Assembly: GCF_902459465.1 (NCBI RefSeq)
Contig: NC_047072.1
Coordinates: 14,260,001 to 14,324,000, forward strand
Source: Asterias rubens
Taxonomy: Eukaryota
Reading direction: 5' to 3'
DNA: 64,000 nucleotides
The position numbers and the translations under genes are program-made. Under the pieces are notes generated by a model. That model was not told the DNA's origin and made no database searches. It saw only the letters and a list, made by a program, of their open reading frames with translations. This document shows, in pieces, positions 59,319-64,000 of this stretch (positions are counted from its first letter, which is position 1; each line of letters begins with the position of its first letter).

Positions 59319-62300
59319 ATGACTGATTTGTCTCCAGACAGTGGGACTTGTGGTGAGGAAACTGCCGGGGTTGGATCGAGCACAGGTAAGTCATACATTC
59401 GCAAGCTCAACTCATATGTGGACTATAAATGGTTTTGTCGCAAATTTTGTTTATGTATATATTAATAGCAGAAAAATTACAAAAGAGATGAAATTTAAAG
59501 TCACCTGGAAATAGAATTTATTTTCTTTCAAACATAAGAGTATATGCTTACGAACAATAAAACAATTTTTTAAGTAATTGTTTGTCACGATTTATATGTT
59601 TAAAAAATATATAAAGTTGTTTGGGGGCTGACTCCGCCTACCCATTTTGTGACGTCAATCGAGGCAGACTTTGCCTGCAATGCGTATAGTAACTGACGTG
59701 CAAAGTACATGTACGTCCAAGTCGTGAGTTGGTACATTTCAAAAAGTGTTTTTCTGCATTCAGCAGCAATACACCTGGTCGGCATTGCCGGAAAAAAAAC
59801 ATTTTTTTTTTTTTAAACGTACGAACTCACGACTTGGTCCGTATGTACTTTGCAATTGTGTTCACTCTACGCATTACAGGCAAAGTCTGCCTCGATTGAC
59901 GTCACGAACAGCGCCCTCTCGGGTCGGGGTCTACTCTTAAATTTGTAAATAACATAAGAACTGATTTTTTCAAAACCTTAGTTAACTGTTTATTTACATT
60001 CCACTCATCAAAACATAGAAAATTAGTGACAAAAGCTTTATTTTGAAAAAATACCACTTCCAGGTGACTTTAACGACGGTGAAATTTCCTGGGAAAATTG
60101 CTTTTAGGCCTGGGTTTTCCTATTTGTAACACAGAAAAACCTCTCAGATTCTAAAAATCAATGGGGTTTACGGACTACCCAGAAATACAAAACTAAATTT
60201 TTGACACAACGACTATTCCTTTCTAACTATTGGGGCGACTGATTTATGTCTTTCATTGTCTTTCAATGTTTGGGGAAAATCATGAAATCAAGAAAACTCA
60301 TAGAAATCACATGTCTGACTTAATGTCCACATAGAAGAAGATGTGTCTGAAGCAGGCCCAGCTACAATAACAAGTCTATAATATTTTTGAAAGTGGTTCT
60401 TCTAATCATAATACAGTGTCCACACCGTAGATAAAGCTATATTATATAGCTCTATGGTCCACACACGCTAGATGCTGTGTCACTTCTGCACCATCCTAGT
60501 ATAGCTACATATAGCTGAATAAGGATTCCACCATTGAAGATTGAAGACACCAGAACTGAACACAATCGCTGGCACCGGCATTTAACTCAGCCAGGTCTCC
60601 AGCCTCGCACATTGGACATTAGGGACTTTTCGTTTTCGACGACGGATGGTTCTGCGACGGTTACTGTCGTAGAAATTGAGGGACGACCGTCCTCAAAGCC
60701 GACGCATGCGCAGATGACGCCATAATGTCATCTTTGCCGTTGCAGAACCATCCGTCGTCGAAAACGAAACGTCCCTATTGTTTGGATAGGAGGGATAGAC
60801 AATTTAACAAACTTTTTAAATCAACTTTGCTCGGTCGCCGGAATTTCTACCTTTTTTATGTTCTTGATTATTCAAATTTCCCAAAAATGTTTTGTCTGAG
60901 CACGAGTCTATAATCAAGCAGCAAAATGTCAAGCGACGCCAATCTTACCACGGATGTACTGCGCATGGGTGTCGACTTTCCCTAGTTTGTGTTTCCATCT
61001 GGTTCGGTATCGCATCTATTGACAATCTAGTAGACAGTTTTACTTTAAAAAAAAAAGGGAAATAATAATCTTACAATATTTATGAACAGGCATCATCATT
61101 ATCTTATCATGCAGCGATTAGATAATAAAGTCCAACATATTATGGGGCAGTAATAAATTATTAATAACCACATTTTCTAAAGTGAAAAATGACTCGTAGT
61201 ATTTTAGAATAATCGGGCCACGCTGCGGTCATAAACTCAGTTCGTATTTTGGGGGTTCTCAGCTAGACAGGCAGCTGGTGGCTGTTCAATGTTTCCGAAA
61301 GAATTCATGATTGTTGGATCTAAAAGAGCCTTTGAATGCACTGTAGATTGCATGTGGAGGAAACGGTTTACAGTTTTATTGTTGCATTGTCACAATTATA
61401 CCATGGGTAGACACTGCCTTCTGTTTGAACACTGAAACGAACTGCACCACAAAGTGAAACCAACACTAAGGTTTGAGAATGCCGGTTGCCTCTAATAGGT
61501 TAAGCAAAATTAAGGGCCTCATTTTGGTATTTCCCTTTTCTTTTTCCAAGAGATGGACACACACACAAATGGACCAATTCGTGAAGGGGCAGACTCAAAT
61601 GACGACATGATTACATCAGATGATACTTTCGAGGGATACGCTAAGAAACTGAAATCAGTCGGGTAAATTTTAAGTAGACTATGGTATAGGCATTAAACGG
61701 GTATTGTATTAAATACAACATTATTTACGCTACAAACAAGTAATGTCTTATTAGAAATTTGTATCCACCCATTCTATCTTTGTCAAACGATATCTCTTTC
61801 AGAAAACTCGTTTCAAAACTTCACTTGAAGCCATCTTCAAAACCAAAGTTGCCACCACCTACACATCTGACTTCAAATGATAAAAGTATGGAAGACAAAG
61901 CCGACTTAAAACAACCTGCACTGTCTACATCACTGTTGGCAGACTACCGCTACGATATGACGCACCGCCAACGAGGAAGGGCGGTATTAATCAATAATGA
62001 GAATTTCAAAGAGTGCTCTGATATGCCCAATCGTCCCAATCCAGCAATCGATGTAGACCCCCTAAGCAGCACTTTAAAGGATTTGGGATTTTTAGTTCAG
62101 ACTTTTGAGGACCTTACGTGTGGAAGGATAAGACACTTAATGCACCTACGTGAGTAAAAAAAAAAAAAAAAAATCAGCTTTTGTAAACGCACACGACGAG
62201 CGTCTTATAATAAAATTAATGAGATCGGGGCGATTTTACATTAAACTGATCTTAAAGAATACATCAATATTAACTGCTAAGCAACGTGTGATGTTACACA

Positions 62301-63856
62301 ACATTTGTAAAAAACTGACAAATCATCTTGGGTTGAATCTTTAATAGTGTTTTTTTAAATCGAGCCACGTGATAGTGGCTCGAAGGGTGAGGTTCGACAG
62401 ACATCTCTAATTCAAATGGGAACGAACTATCTTGGGAAATAATTAAGTTAAGGACGACTTTTTATTAATTGAAAATGGCAATTGTTTGCTACAAAGGGTG
62501 TCGTTTTGATATAAATGTTATTTATATTGCACTTTCCTCAGTAAGCAAAGACGATCACAGTGATGTTGACTGCCTCTTAGTCGCCGTGATGACGCATGGG
62601 GACAAAGGCGAGATCTACGGCACGGATGGACCCATGAACGCAAGCGAGATCACCACGCCGTTCCGTGGAGACCATTGCCAGGGTTTGATCGGCAAACCCA
62701 AGCTGTTCATTTTCCAGGTATGTTAAGTATTGATTTTGTCTCAGAAAAGTGAAAAAACAGTCGGGTGTGCCATTTGTGTAAGTCACACGCTAGATTATGT
62801 GAAATTAATCACCGCTCAATTTAATTTACGATATATGTGTTTCTTAAAAGGCTTGTCGAGGAGGCCTTGTGGACCAGGGCGTTGCTATAAACAGAGATGA
62901 CGTCGATGAAACGGACGCATTGATTGCCTACGAAAATGCTCATACTATTCCAGTCGAGGCGGATTTCCTGTTAGCTTACTCATCCCCAGACGGTAAAAAA
63001 ACCCTCAAAACTAAATAAATTTAACAAATTTAAAGCATTAAAAAAAAGGCAAATATCGCAAGTGACGAAACTTGGCAATATGATTGCAGTCTATTTCTAG
63101 TAAACAAATAAAAAAAAATACAAAGAACTGACCTCTACGAAGAATTAGAAACGACCCGGGCCCAATTTCATAACACTGCTTAAACACACCATTATGCTAT
63201 ATGCACAACAAAATATTGCTTACCAGAATAAGATTACCAGCCAAAATACCATGTCACATGTAGCATTTCTGTCTTGTTTCCTGCTTATTTCTACGAAGCA
63301 TGAATTTCTAAGCGAAATAGTCTGCGTAAGCGTTTACAAGGAAAGCTCAAACTCAATGCGCCAGTTAAGTTTATAATAGGCCCTCTATAGACGTAAATTC
63401 TCAATTAAGTTTTATCTGAAAATCACATTATCAAAATGTTTTAGCTGTTAGTGTCTTTGTTGTAGTAGAACCACTGATATGAACGACTGATATGATCTGG
63501 TTCATCAAGCAATGCATGACACAAACTTGCTTTTGTAATATGTCTTCGACGTGCCTGCAAAACAAAGTCACATGTTTATTATACTTTCCACAGGTTACGC
63601 ATCGTGGCGAAACGGTACCGCCGGCGCCTGGTTCATCCAATCCCTTGTTAAAGTTCTCAACGCCTATGGCGAAATTTGGGAAATCACAAGAATCCTAGCT
63701 CTTGTCAACCGCATGGTGGCGCTTCAGTATGAATCCAGATCACAAAACACGTCTATGACGCAGAAGAAACAAATGCCATGTTTTGTATCGACACTGACGA
63801 AGGAGCTGTATTTTAAGCCGAAAGAAGTCGCAAAGGAAATGCACAAACAACTTTAA
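59319..63856 (+). CDS. Effector caspase (caspase-3/7-like); 345 aa from the ATG at 61553, or 368 aa with the candidate first exon
   Basis: Exons 59319-59385 (tentative), 61551-61662, 61803-62149, 62542-62717, 62851-62992, 63594-63856. Motifs YDM..RG.A.INNENF, AVMTHG, GKPKLFIFQACRG, IPVEADFL.AYS, SWRN, WFIQSL, QMPCFVSTLTKELYF. No CARD or DED. Confidence 0.92.
59499..60069. mobile_element. TTAA-flanked MITE family 4 with long internal inverted repeat
   Basis: TIR AGTCACCTGGAA...TTCCAGGTGACT, with TTAA at 59495-59498 and 60070-60073. Internal arms at ~59649-59770 and ~59785-59905. Confidence 0.88.
60621..60776. mobile_element. 156-bp MITE with ~40-bp TIR and apparent ATT duplication
   Basis: agggacttttcgttttcgacgacggatggttctgcgacgg...ccgttgcagaaccatccgtcgtcgaaaacgaaacgtccct, flanked by ATT on both sides. 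Confidence 0.75.
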
Positions 63857-64000
63857 ACAAAGGAGTATACTATCATAAGTTTGAATAAACTTAACTGTGT
63901 TTTTTGCAACTGGAATTTAAACACTGTCTTAACGCATTCACACACAAAGGTGGCCAAACAATTATCTATTATGGTATGTAAATAATTAGTTGATACCAAT

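Overview
AT-rich, intron-rich animal genomic DNA. It is most likely an echinoderm such as a sea star; this is inferred from gene content, intron style and repeat families and was not verified. There are no prokaryotic features (no CRISPR, rRNA or real tRNA). Six spliced protein-coding genes were reconstructed by hand with consistent splice phases. They form three head-to-head pairs: DDX18(-, runs off the left edge)/alpha-class-like GST(+), ZC4H2(-)/SLC22 organic cation transporter(+), and EIF2S3(-)/effector caspase(+). Between GST and ZC4H2 lies a decayed second GST copy. Its exon 3 appears to be split by a nearly intact 4.8-kb CR1/L2-group LINE, whose only two frameshifts fall in homopolymer runs. 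Introns carry many non-autonomous TTAA-flanked (Kolobok-like) MITEs of at least four families, tRNA-derived SINEs, a ~100-bp satellite and small tandem duplications. The most unusual observations are: (i) a four-copy tandem array of the DDX18 exon-2 splice acceptor in which three copies lead to a premature stop; (ii) two independent MITE insertions into the same TTAA of a SINE family, one of them a three-layer nest; (iii) the LINE-split GST fossil; (iv) a MITE sitting exactly behind the SLC22 stop codon. All coordinates were hand-counted and may be off by a few bases. No database searches were possible.
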